This document shows, piece by piece, positions 27,492-41,316 of a DNA stretch of 64,000 bases. Location: NCBI RefSeq assembly GCF_006345805.1, contig NC_043012.1, forward strand, positions 5,022,001 through 5,086,000, read 5' to 3'. Position 1 is the stretch's first letter; each line of letters begins with the position of its first letter. Origin of the DNA: Octopus sinensis (Eukaryota). The position numbers were made by a program, and so were the translations under genes. Below the pieces are notes generated by a model that was given only the letters and a program-made list of their open reading frames with translations, was not told the DNA's origin and ran no database searches.

Positions 27492-27533
<42 letters not shown>

Positions 27534-29982
27534 TTATCTTATATTTATAACCTAGATAATCGGATGAGTTCATAGAACCAGTTTTTGTATATCGCTAAGC
27601 TAGGCTACTACTAACAATATTTCAGCTTTATTACGATCTAAGCAATTTTAAATAATAACGTTACACAAAAAATATAGACAAATTCTTGTGCGAGAGAATC
27701 TTTCCTCTTCAAATCGGTATGATAATCATGGCTCTTATGGCACGTCACTTGTCACAGTCCCGATATTATTATATTATGTATTATATATTGTTATGTATTA
27801 TTATAGATTATATATTCAGAATTATGATATTGTGCTGTATCTAATATTCAACAATTATATTATGGCAATGTATAAGCTACACGTATTTCATTCTTAATAG
27901 GTTTACAAGCTAAGCCTACTCGCCCGAATATTATAGCCCTCTCTTCGCTACACTGGTTTTCTGAATATATTTTGATTTTCAGTTCGCCTTGAAGAGCATA
28001 AACGTTAGTTTTCTGTTTCCATTTATCGGTATCTTAAAACGTTGCGATGCAAAGTTACTCACCACAACTAATACTATATAGCTAACGAACCTGTCCACGG
28101 AGAATTGATGCGAGATTTTCCTTACAAATACTTTTCATAATTTATAGAATAATGTTTTCTAATGTAAGTACAAAGCCGGCAAAATTTGAGGGACAGGAGG
28201 TTAGTCGATTCCATCAATCGCAGTACTCGACAGATACTTTGGACAGGATGCGAAGCAATGTTGGCTTCGGCAGGATTTTTACCCAGAGAGTAAAACAGTG
28301 AGGAGAAAATACTGTGAAACATTTTCTCGACGCTGTAACGGTTCTGTCCAGTTTATAGAATAAGAACATCCGTTTGAGTGTGATTAATAAGGGTTTCGAA
28401 GATTTTAAAATTATATCGTCTTCACTTTCGTATTTTACACCAAATAAACTGATTTTTGCCATAAAATATATATAAACTATCTGCTTCAATTATTAATCTA
28501 TCATTTTAAATAACAATTTAATCATGGAATTCACCCTAGGCGTAAACAGACATAGAGAGTTTTTAACGACTATGAACTTTTTTTAATAGACAAACGTGGA
28601 GGAATTTCAATATCATGATCACCAGTATCACCCCAGCATCTGGTGAACATAAATATTTTGTGTCATTTCTCGGCCTAATTCTAACGCTACTTCGATGACC
28701 CCAGCACTTCGAAGTTGGTTAATCTTTTGACGTCGTTACTAAACAACTTCCTATTTACTCATCTCTCTTCTCTTCTTTTCACTCATATTGCTTTCGCCAC
28801 TGCCAAACCGCACACTTCTCGTGAATTACTTCACTGAGTCTTTCCTCTTCAGGACGTCTCCCTCCTCATATATACTTCTTGCTCTTGTTTCCTCTATAAC
28901 AATCAACAAACAACAGAATTGTTAACTGTATCAAACTTAACGTCCTGGGGATGGAACGGCCAAGGACAGGCCCACAGCTCCTTCCTCTCGAAGCATTTAA
29001 TATTTTGCTTTTTTTTTTGCCAAATCAAAATGGCGGCAGGCTAATTCCTTGCGCTATACAGTTGCTCGTTATTAAGTTTTGTTTTTCTTACTCTGGGGTC
29101 GAATACGTTCCATGTTGTAACTATATTGTTCCGTGTCAATCACGCTGGGGGGCATTTGGAGCAAGTCCCTTATACACACTCATATCGATCAATTACTCTT
29201 CGGTGAAGTTTAGGGGGAAAAAAGCTTTAGAAACACACACAAATGCAGTTACATTCCTGTGCTTACACTTAGATCTTATTTTTAGAATCATTTAGAAATT
29301 TGAGAGTAGTTCATTTTATGAAACTAATTAAAAAGATACGTCGCCGTTAATACTCGGTTGTAAAAGAGGCACAAAACTTTAAGCCTTTTGCTCGGGATTA
29401 GTAGATAATATCGACTTGAGTAACATCATTTGTACTCTAATTTATCGATCCCAGTGAGGTTAATAACATAAAGCATCAGGGAGATGAAAAGCAATGTTGA
29501 ACTTAGGAAAATTTGAATTCTGAACGGAAATATTCGGTATAAATCCGGCAAAAATAATTGTTCAGTGTTTTAACATTGTTACCAATCTACCAGTCAATGA
29601 CAGCGTGTCTATACTCGATGTGTTTTAAACTATTATTTACCAATGTATTTTAGTGGATTGATTTCATGAAACCATCTGAATGCCATGTCGTTTTGCGGTG
29701 TAGTGGCTTGTGTGACACAATAATCCTGAGAGCCAACTCCTAGCAGGCTAGACTAATATATATAGGCTCTTCTCAGAAGTAAAAGTAGGGTTCCGTAGAG
29801 TCATCACCCCAGCATAGAATAAAACATAGTTACAGAACAAAATCGTCTATGAAAATTCAGAACCAACAAACCAGGGAGTGAGAGGCTTTCCCGCTGGGAA
29901 AAGCATAACACGGTGCATCAAAATCCGAAAAGAAACTGCAAATAATCAGGCACCCAACTGGAGAAAAGCAGAAAGGGTCGTA

Positions 29983-30668
29983 GGCGTAGAAGTGGCTGTA
30001 TGGTAAGTAGCTTGCTTACCAAACACATGGTTTCGGGTTCAGTCCCACTGCGTGGCCCTTGGGCAAATATCTTCTACTATAGCCTCGGGCCGACCAAAGC
30101 CTTGTGAGTGGATTTGGTAGACGGAAACTGAAAGAAGCCCGTCGTATATATATATATATATAAATTAGAAAAAAAGCACCTTTTATCAATTCAATAATGA
30201 AAAATTAAATTGTAGCATTTAGAAAAATTACATATTATAGAAAGATTAACTATAAGATAAAACATATAACAATGATTAAGTAATGTGCAAAATGTAGTTA
30301 ATCTTATAATATATATATATATATGTATATATATATGTATATATATATATATCTATATATATATATATATGTATATATATATGTATATATATATGTATAT
30401 ATATACATATATATATATATGTATATATATGTGTATATATATATGTGTGTATATATATATGTGTACGTGTGTGTATGCATTTGTGTGTCTGTGTTTGTCC
30501 CCGCAACATCGCTTGACAACTGATGCTGGTGTGTTTACGTCCCCGTCACTTAGCGGTTCGGCAAAAGAGACCGATAGAATAAGTGCTGGGGTCGATGTAC
30601 TCAAATAAAGGCTGTACTGCAGCATGACCACAGTCGAATGACTGAAACAAGTAAAAGAGTAAAGAGTA
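29983..30668 (+). mobile_element. SINE family B with expanded internal region
   Basis: Head at 29983-30145 and tail at 30485-30668, separated by an AT-rich insert and (TA)n. Confidence 0.85.
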
Positions 30669-32349
30669 ACAGCTTTAAAATGTCGTCGATTGCCGTTTTC
30701 TAAAAGTAAGAGAACAGAAAGAGTAAGGAAGCATCATCAAAAGATATTTGTTATTACGCATGTCTTGGTTTTGTTCAAAGCATTGACAATTTCGAAATTT
30801 CGAAATTCTGCGTCGCTTTTAAAAAGGTGTAATATAAATAAATCGGTAAATAAAAGCTAATAATATATGAAATAATATATCGTTTAGACAGATAAATAAC
30901 CTTGGACAGAATCACTTGGGGGAATTGAACCACATGTTGCAAATTGGATAACCTTTATAAATAACTACACCAAGGAGACTCTGACAACAGTAAACCATTT
31001 GTACAAGGTAGAAACGCCTCAGTTCGATGTGTTTATATTCGAAGCATTGGGAATTTCAGAATACGCCATTTTAAGAAGCTGAAATACAAATGAAACTGAA
31101 ATAATAAATATCTCATAATTCCCCAGTAAATGTCACACTTCGACCGAACAAAAAGCGATAAATTCACCTGCAGGAATTTAATCATGTGTGAGAAGCGAAG
31201 AAAACGGTCGTCATAAACCATTATACCAAAGATATTTGGACGACTTCCAACTATCTGCAGAAAAAAAAAAAAAAATTATATAAAGTTGTGGTAGTTATGT
31301 TTGGGGCGTTGAGAAATTTGAAAATGCGTCATTTTAAAGGGGGTTGGAGGCGGCGGTCTTTCTACTACAGGCAAAAGGCCTGAAGATTTGTAAAACGTGG
31401 CTATTCGATTGGCATTTATCTTATTAACCCAAAAAGTATGAAAGGGAAAGTAGAACTCGACAGAATTTGAACTCAGAACGGAAAGAAGGAAAAAAATTCC
31501 GCAAATAATTTTGTCCATTGTGCTAACAATTCTGACGGCTAGATGTCCTTCGCAAATAAATTACTAACAGCTCATAAAAAAAAAAAAAAAACAGAAATAG
31601 GATAATATAACACTTAGAATATAAGGGACATAATTTCGGAAAAAATTTAACCATGTGCATGAGGTTGGCCGGACGACCGTTATAAACTAAATATGTCGGA
31701 TGTCTTTCTGCCATATAATTAAAGCTTTTATTGGTACAAGCGAGAAGAGACTGTTTTCATTTCACGGTAATCACCCTAGCGTAGAAAAGTGGTTCAATTC
31801 CAATCCGTACTTCTATCAACTTTCTTCCGTCTATGGGGGATATTTCACTGATATTAGAACTCCATGAAAAAATAATGCGTTTGTATGTGTATATATATGT
31901 GTGCGTGTGCGCGCTTTTCCCCTTTTTAATATTTGTTCTACCCTGCTAGAAAATACTGCGTCACAATCGATTGTTGCTATCAAAAATAAACAGAAACATC
32001 TTGCTGTTAAAAACATTTCTGATATAAAAATAGTTAATATGATTTGAAGTCAGATGTTAACCCCTTCTAGTTAAAACTTCGCCCACGAAAAATGAGAATT
32101 GTTGATCTATTAGTTCGATAGGTGTAGATTCTCGACGGCTTCAGGTGAAGTAGTTCATTAGACTAAACAATGTTTAAACACCTGTAGTCTCCTCTATTCC
32201 ATTATTTTTTCATTCCTTTTCTTTAATATGTCCTAATCTCATACCCCAATTCCGTTCTCTCCCTTTCTCTCTCCGCTCTCTCTCTCTCTCTCTCTCTCTC
32301 TCTTTATCACGTGTGTATATATATGTAAACATATACATGTATATATATA

Positions 32350-32405
<56 letters not shown>

Positions 32406-32918
32406 AATATAATAAATGCCAAACGAATTTCTGTGTGCCAATGTGTCACTCTTTGATTCCCTCTCTCACTATTCAATGACATTTCTACTATTCCTCCTGC
32501 TGGGGTGAGAGTAATGGTAGGCAAGAGACAGTAGTAGATTGACGGTTGTGATGGTAATGGGGTGATAGTAATAGTATGAGCTGTAGTTGTGATTAAGGCG
32601 GAGGGGATGGTGATGATGATGATGGTGGTGGTGGTGGTGGTGGTGGTGGTGGTGGTAGTGGTGGTGGTAGCCGAGGAGGTCAGGGATAACGGTGATAGTA
32701 AGAGGTGGGAAAGACAGTGGTGATGGTGGTGGATGGAAAAGCAGCGAAGTCAAAGACATTGATGGTGGTAGCGTCAGAAGTGTGAATGGCAGTTGCGATG
32801 GCGATGGTGGTGGTGGTACTGTTGATGGTAATGGTTGAAAACAATCAACACAGGGAGACAGAGAGGGGGAGAGGAGGAAGGAAAGACAGTAATAAAGAAA
32901 GAAAGAAAGAAAGATGGA

Positions 32919-32962
<44 letters not shown>

Positions 32963-33209
32963 AAACTGTACTGACCGCCGAATAGGAAGACAAAAAAATG
33001 TTGTTTATCATGCAGCTTTGCAATAAGTTCCAAGTCGATAAGTTATATCATTGTTTTGATAAAAATTGCTCATTGCTTGAAAAATATTGATCAAGTTTAA
33101 CAAAATTTAATATGTACTCAAGGTATGACGTGCCATTGTTGAGTCCAAGGCCTAGTGAAGAGCTCTCCATAGGAACTAGCTGTCGGGCGACTTTTAAGAT
33201 ATATATATA

Positions 33210-34457
33210 CAGGGTGGGGAACCAAATCTTGGAAAACAATAGATAATTCACCAAATGATATATTTTACAACATCCAGCAACCTGACTTGTATATGATTTT
33301 AACACAAATTTATAGGGGTATAAAGAGACATTTTATTCAATATGTCTGCCTTCATTGTCCACCACAGCCTCCACATGCTGCCTTGAAAGCGTCACAACTC
33401 TTCATGATGAAGTACTCAGCCATGTTGTTCCATTCTTCCTTCAGAAATCGCTTAAGATGATCAACACTTGCATGTGAAGTTTTGTTGGTAGAGAGCTCCA
33501 ATTTGCTCCATTCAGCATAGTCTAGGAAGGAGGTTCAAGTCTAGGTTGGAAGATGGCCAGAAGTTGGCAGGCCAAAAGTTGATGAAGTTGACTTTACAGA
33601 ATTTCTGCACTTTCTTCGCCGAATAAGCAGACCACCATCTTGGGTCCACGCATAATTACCATTTGGGTAGTTAGATTTCATCCAAGGCAAAACCTTGTAC
33701 CACAGTTTTTGTAATAAACTTCATCCCCCACTTTTCCCTAGGCTTGAAAAAATGGAGAGGCATCTTTTTTCTATCAGATGCCACAACTCCGAGTACCATG
33801 ACTTGAGCTGGGTGCTTGGTCCTAAAGACTTCAGGTGATTTAGCAATGTTTCGATCAATTGGAAAGTTTAAAACAGCATCAATGGTAAACATTTTGATAG
33901 TTTGTCCATTGTGCTTCAGATATTACATCACTTTTGGGGCTCTTTCTTGCCTTCTGGCTTTCATTGCATGGGTCAATAGGTATCTCGGGGTCCTCACATA
34001 TGATCCCAACTGTAAATCAGTGTGTACAGCAGTTCTGATAGTCTTTGGGTCAACTTTCATGTCCATGGACAGTTTTGTCATGGATGTTGTTAGGCCTTTT
34101 GTAATTTTGGCTTTGAGAAATTTAAGAAATGCATTATCCTGTTTTGTATTTATGCCTCCACTTCCTTGTCATCTCTTGATGCCTCCCATATCCAGCATTC
34201 AGTTTTCAATGTTGTAGACAGTGCTCACAGAGGCCCCAAGAGTCTCAGCAACCCCAAATCTAATTGTAACCCCACCGCAAAGCAAATCTTCAATATGTTA
34301 TCTTTTGACTTCATGAGTGGACATGCTAGTTGCACGACTGGAACTTCTTCATAAATTAGCTCTATATACCTCCAAACTGAAATAGAAAACAATATTTTAG
34401 TATTTATGCTCAGGAATAAGACTTCCAAAATATCCCAAGTTTTTCTTCCCCACCCTG
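33210..34457 (-). mobile_element. maT-family (DD37D) Tc1/mariner transposon, full length, decayed
   Basis: TIRs CAGGGTGGGGAA... at both ends with TA TSDs (33208-33209, 34458-34459). Minus-strand transposase fragments KHPAQVMVLGVVASD, WTQDG and WPSSNLDLN-LDY give a 37-residue D-D spacing after frameshift correction. Confidence 0.88.
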
Positions 34458-34505
34458 TATATATGTATGTATGTATGTATGTATATATGTATGTATGTAT
34501 GTATG

Positions 34506-34536
<31 letters not shown>

Positions 34537-34620
34537 ATATGTATGTATGTATGTATGTATACATGTATGTAATATATATATATATGTGTATGTGTATGTA
34601 TATATATATGTATATGTATG

Positions 34621-34699
<79 letters not shown>

Positions 34700-34719
34700 G
34701 CATATACATGAATGTATGC

Positions 34720-35510
34720 ATGTATTCCCTTTCCTTCCTTTCTTAGACAATTCTCTCTTGTCTGTAATTTTTATTTCTCAGCTGTCCAATATTCTCTTCT
34801 ATCACCTTTACACGAAATCTCAATCTCACTCACTCAATCTCTCTCTCTCTCTCTCTCCCTCTCTCCCTCTCTCCCTCTCCCCCTCTCTCTCTCTCTTTCT
34901 GCTAAGACACTTTCATTTTTCCACTCGACCTACATTAAACACTATTTTTCTAACACCTACCATCGAAATCCTTCCCTCCTCTTTCTTCCTTTTCTTTTCT
35001 CCTCCTCCTCCCCCCTCTCTCTCTTTGTCTTATTTTTATCGTTTCACTCTCATTTCTTTCTCTCTCATTGAAATCCTTCCTTCTTTCAATTCCTAATACC
35101 TCTCTCTCCCTTTTTCTCTCTCCCTTTCTCTCTCTCTTTCTCTTTCTCTCTTTTTCTCTTTCCTTCTCTTTCTCATTCCTCTCTCTCTCTTTTGCCTCTT
35201 CCACATTTGCATTTCTCTCTTTATTCCATCCATTTCCCAATTTCCCATCTCTTTCATTTCTCTCTCTCCAACTCTCCTACTCTTTCTCTCCCCCCCTCTC
35301 TCTCTCTCATTCAATTTCTTAGCACTAACCCTCCTCTCATTCTCTGATTCCATTCCTTTCAACTTTTTCCCTCTCTTTTTCCTCTACCTCCCCATCGCTC
35401 TCATTTCCTCTTTCTCCTCTCTCAATCCCTCTCCCTCTTCCCGTCTCTCTCTACCTCACTATTTCTCATACATCTCGTCTTCCTTCTCTCTTCCTACATC
35501 ACTCCACACA
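34720..35510. repeat. Long cryptic polypyrimidine (CT-rich) tract
   Basis: About 800 bp dominated by C/T on the + strand. Confidence 0.85.
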
Positions 35511-35832
35511 TCCTGTAAGTAAAGGGTACTTACTGGAGCAGCAAATGTTTGTCTTAGCCAACCATTCTACACCACTCCCCACTTACATTAAGCCATTAAC
35601 GGATTACAACACTCACTTAACTAGCTTTACAACCAGGAAGTTGTCGGCTTGTTAAACATGTCGTCGTCGTTGTTGTACTTATTTTGTTGTTGTTCCCGCC
35701 CTCATAGTATTAGATGTAGAAGTTGTTGTTGTTGTTATGAAACATTTCCATAAACATCCTCGGCCAATCTAAAAGCATAGTAAATATGTCACACATGTTC
35801 TATTCTTCTTTGTTTACATCTTGGTTCGTTCA

Positions 35833-35920
<88 letters not shown>

Positions 35921-36021
35921 TGTCTCTCTGTCTGCCTGCTTGTCTATCTGTCTGTCTGTCTACATTCATAAGCACATTAAATACATCTACATACCTTTGT
36001 GTGTGTGTATATATATATATA

Positions 36022-36187
36022 GGCACAGGTGTGGTTTTGTGGTAAGTAGCTTGATTACCAACCACATGGATCCGGGTTCATTCCCACAGCGTGGCAGCTT
36101 GGACAGGTGTCTTCTACTATAGCCTCAGGCCGACCAAAGCCTTGTGAGTGGAACTGGTGGACGGAAACTGAAAGAGGCCCGTCATAA

Positions 36188-36235
<48 letters not shown>

Positions 36236-36261
36236 CTGTGTGTCTCTGTGTGTGTGTGTGT

Positions 36262-36295
<34 letters not shown>

Positions 36296-36494
36296 CTGTG
36301 TACCCGTGTTTGTCCTCCACGCGCCATCGCTTGAGAACCGATGCTGGTGTGTTTATGTTCCGGTTACTAGTGGTTCAGAACAAATGCGATAGAATAAGTA
36401 CTACGCTTATAAAGAATAGGTCCAGGGGTCAATTTGTTCGACTAAAAGCGGTGTTCTAGCGTGGCCATTATCAAATGACTGAAACAAACAAAAG
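36022..36494 (+). mobile_element. SINE family B
   Basis: Head, internal (TG)n and tail motifs. Confidence 0.88.
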
Positions 36495-36674
36495 TGTGTG
36501 TGTTTCTTTATTTGAATTAACTGTGTATATATTTATATATACAGCTAATTCATGTGTGTGTATATACATAGATACACACACACATATATATACACACACA
36601 CATATGCACACACATACACAGGCATGTATATATACATATTTATATGTATGTATGTATGTATACACACACACACA

Positions 36675-36718
<44 letters not shown>

Positions 36719-36840
36719 GACAGATTTAACCAAATGAATACTGGAAAGTTGTTTTGACCCTGAACATTCTACGGTTCCATTAACTGAATCTGTTACGCAA
36801 CGACTTACTGTACGAAGTGCAGTAAGTTGATGTGCAACAT

Positions 36841-36873
<33 letters not shown>

Positions 36874-37619
36874 CACATACACACACACACTCACATACAA
36901 ACATTCACACCTTCGTTGGCTTTAATTGCAGGGAATTTTAGTTGCTATTTCTACCAGGACAATGAATTGCGACCCAACGTTGCCTCGTAACATGATTGTT
37001 GCTATTTTGGTCCAGAGTTACGAAGATGAAACAAGTTCTGGTCGTGGCCAGAGAATTCGTATGTGAGAAACTACATTGTTAATATGTATCCTTTATCTAA
37101 GCTAGCAAAAGTGTGTGGTGTAAGGGGAGTTTGGCTGCTCTTACATGCAAATCGAGTGGCTCTTGTTGAATTGCTTCATCTTTAGAAAACGGGTGGCAGT
37201 GTTTCGGTTACATATATAGATATAATTATGTAACAACACTATACAGTTATCTATACACTACTCTATACACCAGAGAAACTATACACGAATACGTAGATTC
37301 CAAGCATGTACACATACAAGAGGCGTATAGAAATTCAGGTGCAACAACCGAATATCACAAGACTACATCATGAATGCCAAAATACATGATGCGTATTTGG
37401 ATATGTATATATAGACACGAATACAAATGTGCATACACGTGTGCATATGTAACTATACACATAAATGCGTATGTCTAGCACTCTACTATATGTCATATAA
37501 ATATGTACGTACACACATGCGAGGGGCCAAAGCACACACTCACACACACACACACACGCACACACACGCACATACACACGCTATCACATACAATCACACA
37601 CAGGAACATACCTGTATAT

Positions 37620-37654
37620 GGCCTTTTGGCTAAGTCGAAAGTGCATCATATGTT
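37620..37654 (+). pseudogene. U2 snRNA 5' fragment (decayed)
   Basis: GGCCTTTTGGCTAAG is an exact 15-mer match to the U2 5' end as I recall it, followed by a partial match to ATCAAGTGTAGTATCTGTT. Confidence 0.5.
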
Positions 37655-37774
37655 TGCCTTGTATCTCTACATATATATATATATATATTCATAAACGCAC
37701 TCATTGAAATACGTACATACAGAAACACACACACAGGCATACACATATACACACGCACGTACAGATACACCCAA

Positions 37775-37848
<74 letters not shown>

Positions 37849-38072
37849 AATGTATATATAGTGTCATATATATGTGTGGATATGTGTATATATATATATA
37901 TATATGTCATGAATATTGAAAAAAGAATTTCTAAAAATATGGCGGTGCTCCAGCATGGCCACAGCTCGTGAGCTGAAACGATAAATAAAAAAAAAAAAAA
38001 TATATATATATACTATATATATATAGAGAGAGGAGAGAGAAGAGAGAGAGAGAGAAGAGAGAAATAAATAGG

Positions 38073-38132
<60 letters not shown>

Positions 38133-39198
38133 TTCGTAACATTCTTATTGTATCTACGTATGTCTATATGCTCTTTAATATATGTTATTCATGAAATCGT
38201 GTGAAGCTGTGGAGGCACAGTCAACGTTAAGTGTGGCCGTGTTCCTATGTATAGCATTCTCTCCCTTTCTCTGTTCCTGTTTATGTTATATATATATGTG
38301 TGTGTGTGTGTGTGTATGTGTGTGTGTGTGTGTGTGTGTGCACGCGCTCTCGTGTGTGTGTACGTGCCTGTATGTGTATATGTATGACTGTTTATATGTA
38401 AGTACATATGTGTATTATAAAGACCTGTACATGCCTGTTCATGCGCATGTATGAGAATGCTATGAGGTTATGCACAGATGAAGACATGGCTTATTGTTTT
38501 AAAATGGTTCATTGAACCGGAACTGGTCTATTAGAGATTTAATGGTGCATGTCTCTCAATACATTTATAATGCAGTTCCCTGCTACAGAATTATGGGCCA
38601 TCGCCCCTCTTTCGCTCATTACCTTTCCCTTTTCCAGTTTTTCTCTCTTCTCCTCTGTCTCTCTCTCTCTCTCTCTGTCTGTCTGTATCTCTCTCTCTCT
38701 CTTACTGGTTGCATGCGTATGTGAGGTATAAGTTAAGTGTGTAGTAGTAGTTATAATAGGAGAAGCAGTAGTAGCAGTAGTAGCTACAGCAGCAGTGGTG
38801 GAGGTCGGCTGGTTCTTGTGATTCTAGTGGTGCTTGTGATGGTGGTGGCGGGGTCAATGGTGACGAAACCGGTAGCTGTTGAGGTGGTGATGGCGGTAGT
38901 GTTTGTAGTAGTAGAGAAACTAGTAGTAGTAGTAGTAATAGTAGAAGTAGTAGTAGTAACAGCAGTGGCGGTGGCTGTGGTAGTGGTAGTGGTAGTGGTT
39001 GTAGTAGTAGTAGTAATAATAACAGTGGCGGTGGTAGTGGTGGCGGTAGTAGTAGTAACAGTGGCGGTGATCATGAGGGTGGTAGTAGTAGTAGTGACAA
39101 CAGAAAGAATTGTCTCTGAGTACCGCGGTACGTGTGCGCATATAGTAATTGAATCTGGAAATCCGTAGCAATTAGCGAGATTGTACACACACGCAGAT

Positions 39199-39243
<45 letters not shown>

Positions 39244-39737
39244 CATGCATACACGCGCAAATACACACGCACCACTCACACGGACACACACATGTAAACA
39301 CACACATACACACAGCTATATAATCATGTATGTATATATGTGTATAATCCCAGAAGACGAAGAAGAAACACAAGAAACAACAGCAACAACTCGAGGACAT
39401 GGTACACACAAAGTATTAACGGACGCTCAGGGAAGGAAAGAAAGGTGGTTTTATGTTTCGAGCAAAACTCTTCTTCGGAGAAAGTCCAAGAGACAATGAA
39501 GGCGGAGGAATAAAAAGAAAATGGCGAACGATCCACACGTAGTAACATTTTGAAAATGAAGACAATTGCTACATCCGTTGCAAAAAGGGCAAGTACCAAC
39601 ACTTCAAGAGTGGATAGTGACACCCTCAAATATATATACAACAAGGGCAAAAGTAAAATTATTTCTTAAACCGTCAATTTCCACATTACAATATACCTTC
39701 ACTATAAATACACGTCGTGCTGATATATATATATATA

Positions 39738-39866
39738 TTAGGGGGGTAGTGAAATACTATTGGCTTTGGATAAAAGAAACTACAGTAGGATTAGTTAATT
39801 CAACATATTCCCTTCTCAGATTCACGCACTTATTGCAGCGGTCCTTCAGTTTTTCTAAGGCCTGTA
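39738..39866 (-). mobile_element. Mariner 3' end fragment with TIR-like terminus
   Basis: Minus strand reads GLEKLKDRCNKCVNLRREYVE*, a mariner C-terminal KLxxRxxKCxxxxGxY-type motif, then ends at a TIR-like GGGGGTAGTGAAA next to TA. Confidence 0.7.
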
Positions 39867-41264
39867 CAAGAGATATTGATACTGAGGGGACGTACGAGGC
39901 TTAGGATCACTTTAAACAACGTTCGGATGTAGTATGGCATTAGCGAGAAAGCAATTGCTAGCATTCGTTGCGAAAAGGGAAGTACAACACTTCACGAGTG
40001 GAGAACGAAACGCTCAAAAAATATTCACTTGTCGACAATACTGCGTGCGTCCAATCATTTGAAGGTCTAGGATATCTAAGAAAGAATCCGATGTAAAAAT
40101 GCTCTACTTCTGTACATTACATGTAAAATTTTGTGCAATAGTAAAATCGACAGGAAGTGTAGTCTTTCTCGGATTAATGAGCATTACAATGAGTTAGATG
40201 CTGCAGGCTATGCTTTTGATTTTCAATAGCAAGAGATTGTTACACACTACCTTTTGAATAAAAGAGGCAGTGAAGCAATTAACCCCTGAAGATTCGATCG
40301 AAAATGGCGATTGTAACGAAAGATGTTATGTACGTAAGCAGCAGCTACCTAAAAATATCTCAAAGGCAATACAGTCCAACGAAGCATGGTGGTGTTTCTA
40401 AAACATTATACAATACAATTGAGAAGAAAGACAGTCTTGGGAAAAATATAGCAAACATTTGTTGTTGAGTAAACACATTCGTTTTAACACAAGTAATATT
40501 TGTAGAGCATTTTCATCAGCATTGATGACGAAGGCAAATATATCGGGTTTGGATATGACTGATAGGAGCGATCAAGGAAAAAAGTCAATTTACAGTTACA
40601 AAGATCAGTTTGACAGCAGGGGAGTACGTTTGTTTTCCATTCAGTGAGAAAGACAATATTTACAAGCCATGGCTTTGAACCACATAGCTTCACTACTTGG
40701 ATAATAGCTTCTCATTATTACCTATAATTACTGAATGGAATCCTCGACTAGATTACCAAATCTCGAAGTGTTGCTCTCAAAAATTTTCACGGAAAGAAAA
40801 AATTGACCTGTTAAAACGCACTTCAAAAATACAAATTATAAGCAGAAGAGTAAAAGTTTGCAAGAGGTATAAACTGCTCCAATCAAAAGAAAAAAAAAAA
40901 AAGGGACAAGAATCGACAAAATTCTTTCTTTCCTTTTTTAATTTGCACTAAAAATGTTCACAAGTTTATGATATCTGTACATTTTGTTTTGAAGAGTATA
41001 AGCAGTAGAGCCAAAAATATTTCAAGCCAGTCACAGGCTTAGCCTGAGGATGAAGCGTTCTGTAACCTAGCACGCGCGCGCGCACACACACACACAAACA
41101 CACACGCGCGCATACGGTTTTATACACGCAGGAGACACATAGACACTCATACATATACATAATTATAGCATATATTTATAGAAGTAAAAAAATAGATTAT
41201 GAATTTGAATACACACATACACACACATATACATACATACATACATATATATACTCACACCTCA

Positions 41265-41316
<52 letters not shown>

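Noticed and set aside
28255-28280. GCTTCGGCAG match to the U6 snRNA 5' end
   Set aside because: Only 10 nt match; flanks do not continue the alignment.
32469-33033. His/Pro-rich and KKER-repeat ORFs
   Set aside because: Derived from (GGT)n and (GAAA)n simple repeats.
38737-39168. Poly-Val/poly-Thr mucin-like ORFs
   Set aside because: A degenerate (GTA/GTG)n repeat; the open frames follow from repeat composition.
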